This document shows, in pieces, positions 63,693-64,000 of a stretch of 64,000 nucleotides of DNA. A program made the translations under genes and the position numbers. The stretch comes from Candidatus Eiseniibacteriota bacterium (GTDB taxonomy: Bacteria; Eisenbacteria; RBG-16-71-46; JAFGJU01): positions 975,516 to 1,039,515 of the forward strand of contig CP070702.1 in the NCBI GenBank assembly GCA_020349905.1, written 5' to 3'. Below the pieces are notes generated by a model. It was given only the letters and a program-made list of their open reading frames with translations. It was not told the DNA's origin and did not search any database. Position 1 is the stretch's first letter, and every line of letters begins with the position of its first letter.

Positions 63693-64000
63693 CGCCCGTC
63701 GCCCCTGTCATGCCAAAAAGTTCCTGTACGGTCTTGCCCCTCTGGGCAGCTATGTCCTTGGCTTTCCTGAGCTGCTGGAGCGCATCGATGGTGGCCTTGG
63801 CCACGTTGTGCGGATTGCTGGAACTCAGGCACTTGGACAGCACGTCCTGAACCCCCGCCGAATCCAGAATCGCCCTCACGACTCCACCCGCCACTATGCC
63901 CGTTCCGGGCGACGCAGGTTTGAGCAGCACGCGGCACGAGCCGAAACGGCCGATCGCCTCGTGAGGAATCGTTCCCTTCACCATTGGAACCGGGAAGAAG
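63676..64000 (-). CDS. rpsE: 30S ribosomal protein S5, C-terminal part. The gene continues beyond the window end.
   Basis: [63 protein letters not shown]... Confidence 0.9.
   Translation of the reverse strand, partial: FFPVPMVKGTIPHEAIGRFGSCRVLLKPASPGTGIVAGGVVRAILDSAGVQDVLSKCLSSSNPHNVAKATIDALQQLRKAKDIAAQRGKTVQELFGMTGATGDETKA

Noticed and set aside
1-64000. CRISPR arrays, integrases or transposases, and tRNA or rRNA genes.
   Set aside because: No regularly spaced short direct repeats, no recombinase-like ORFs, and no tRNA-like cloverleaf candidates were found by reading. The only repeats are the two short tandem duplications reported above.

Overview
This is a high-GC bacterial chromosomal segment with no rRNA, tRNA or CRISPR, and it divides into three zones. 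Genes run on both strands for most of the window and on the minus strand only from ~42.4 kb onward.

(1) A conserved anaerobe oxidative-stress island at 0.4-4.7 kb: a flavodiiron protein, a PerR/Fur-like repressor with a consensus sigma70 promoter and a perfect palindromic operator, rubrerythrin, desulfoferrodoxin, a rubredoxin-cupin fusion, and a flavin-reductase-rubredoxin fusion.

(2) A large tungsten/molybdenum-cofactor neighbourhood.
- 7.3-10.1 kb: the tungstate transporter TupABC; TupA carries the TTTS motif.
- 17.7-22.6 kb: moeA-moaA-moaC, a MOSC-MoaB fusion and a MobB-MobA fusion.
- 32.0-39.5 kb: an FdhD-associated operon for a three-subunit molybdopterin oxidoreductase. It has a TAT-less catalytic subunit, a 4-cluster Fe-S subunit and an NrfD/PsrC membrane anchor, and is co-transcribed with an ADP-forming acetyl-CoA synthetase. 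That synthetase has a strong Shine-Dalgarno sequence but no canonical start codon.
Between these lie accessory genes (transporters, hydrolases, GNATs, TspO, methyltransferase). They include a lower-GC patch (24-26.9 kb) carrying two genes each interrupted by a single in-frame stop. A third stop-interrupted small membrane ORF sits at 41.0 kb.

(3) The 3' tail of the ribosomal spc/alpha operons on the minus strand (56.6-64.0 kb): rpsE(partial)-rpmD-rplO-secY-adk-map-infA-rpmJ-rpsM-rpsK-rpsD-rpoA-rplQ. It is followed by a GHL10-like protein, a GlcD/GlcF-type oxidase pair, and efflux components.

A T9SS C-terminal sorting domain on a metallophosphoesterase hints at an FCB-group-like lineage. The most interesting unexplained items are the 860-bp gene-less structured region at 5.3-6.2 kb, the TAT-less molybdopterin oxidoreductase + acetyl-CoA synthetase operon, the three nonsense-interrupted genes, and the tandem repeats upstream of the MacA-like adaptor.
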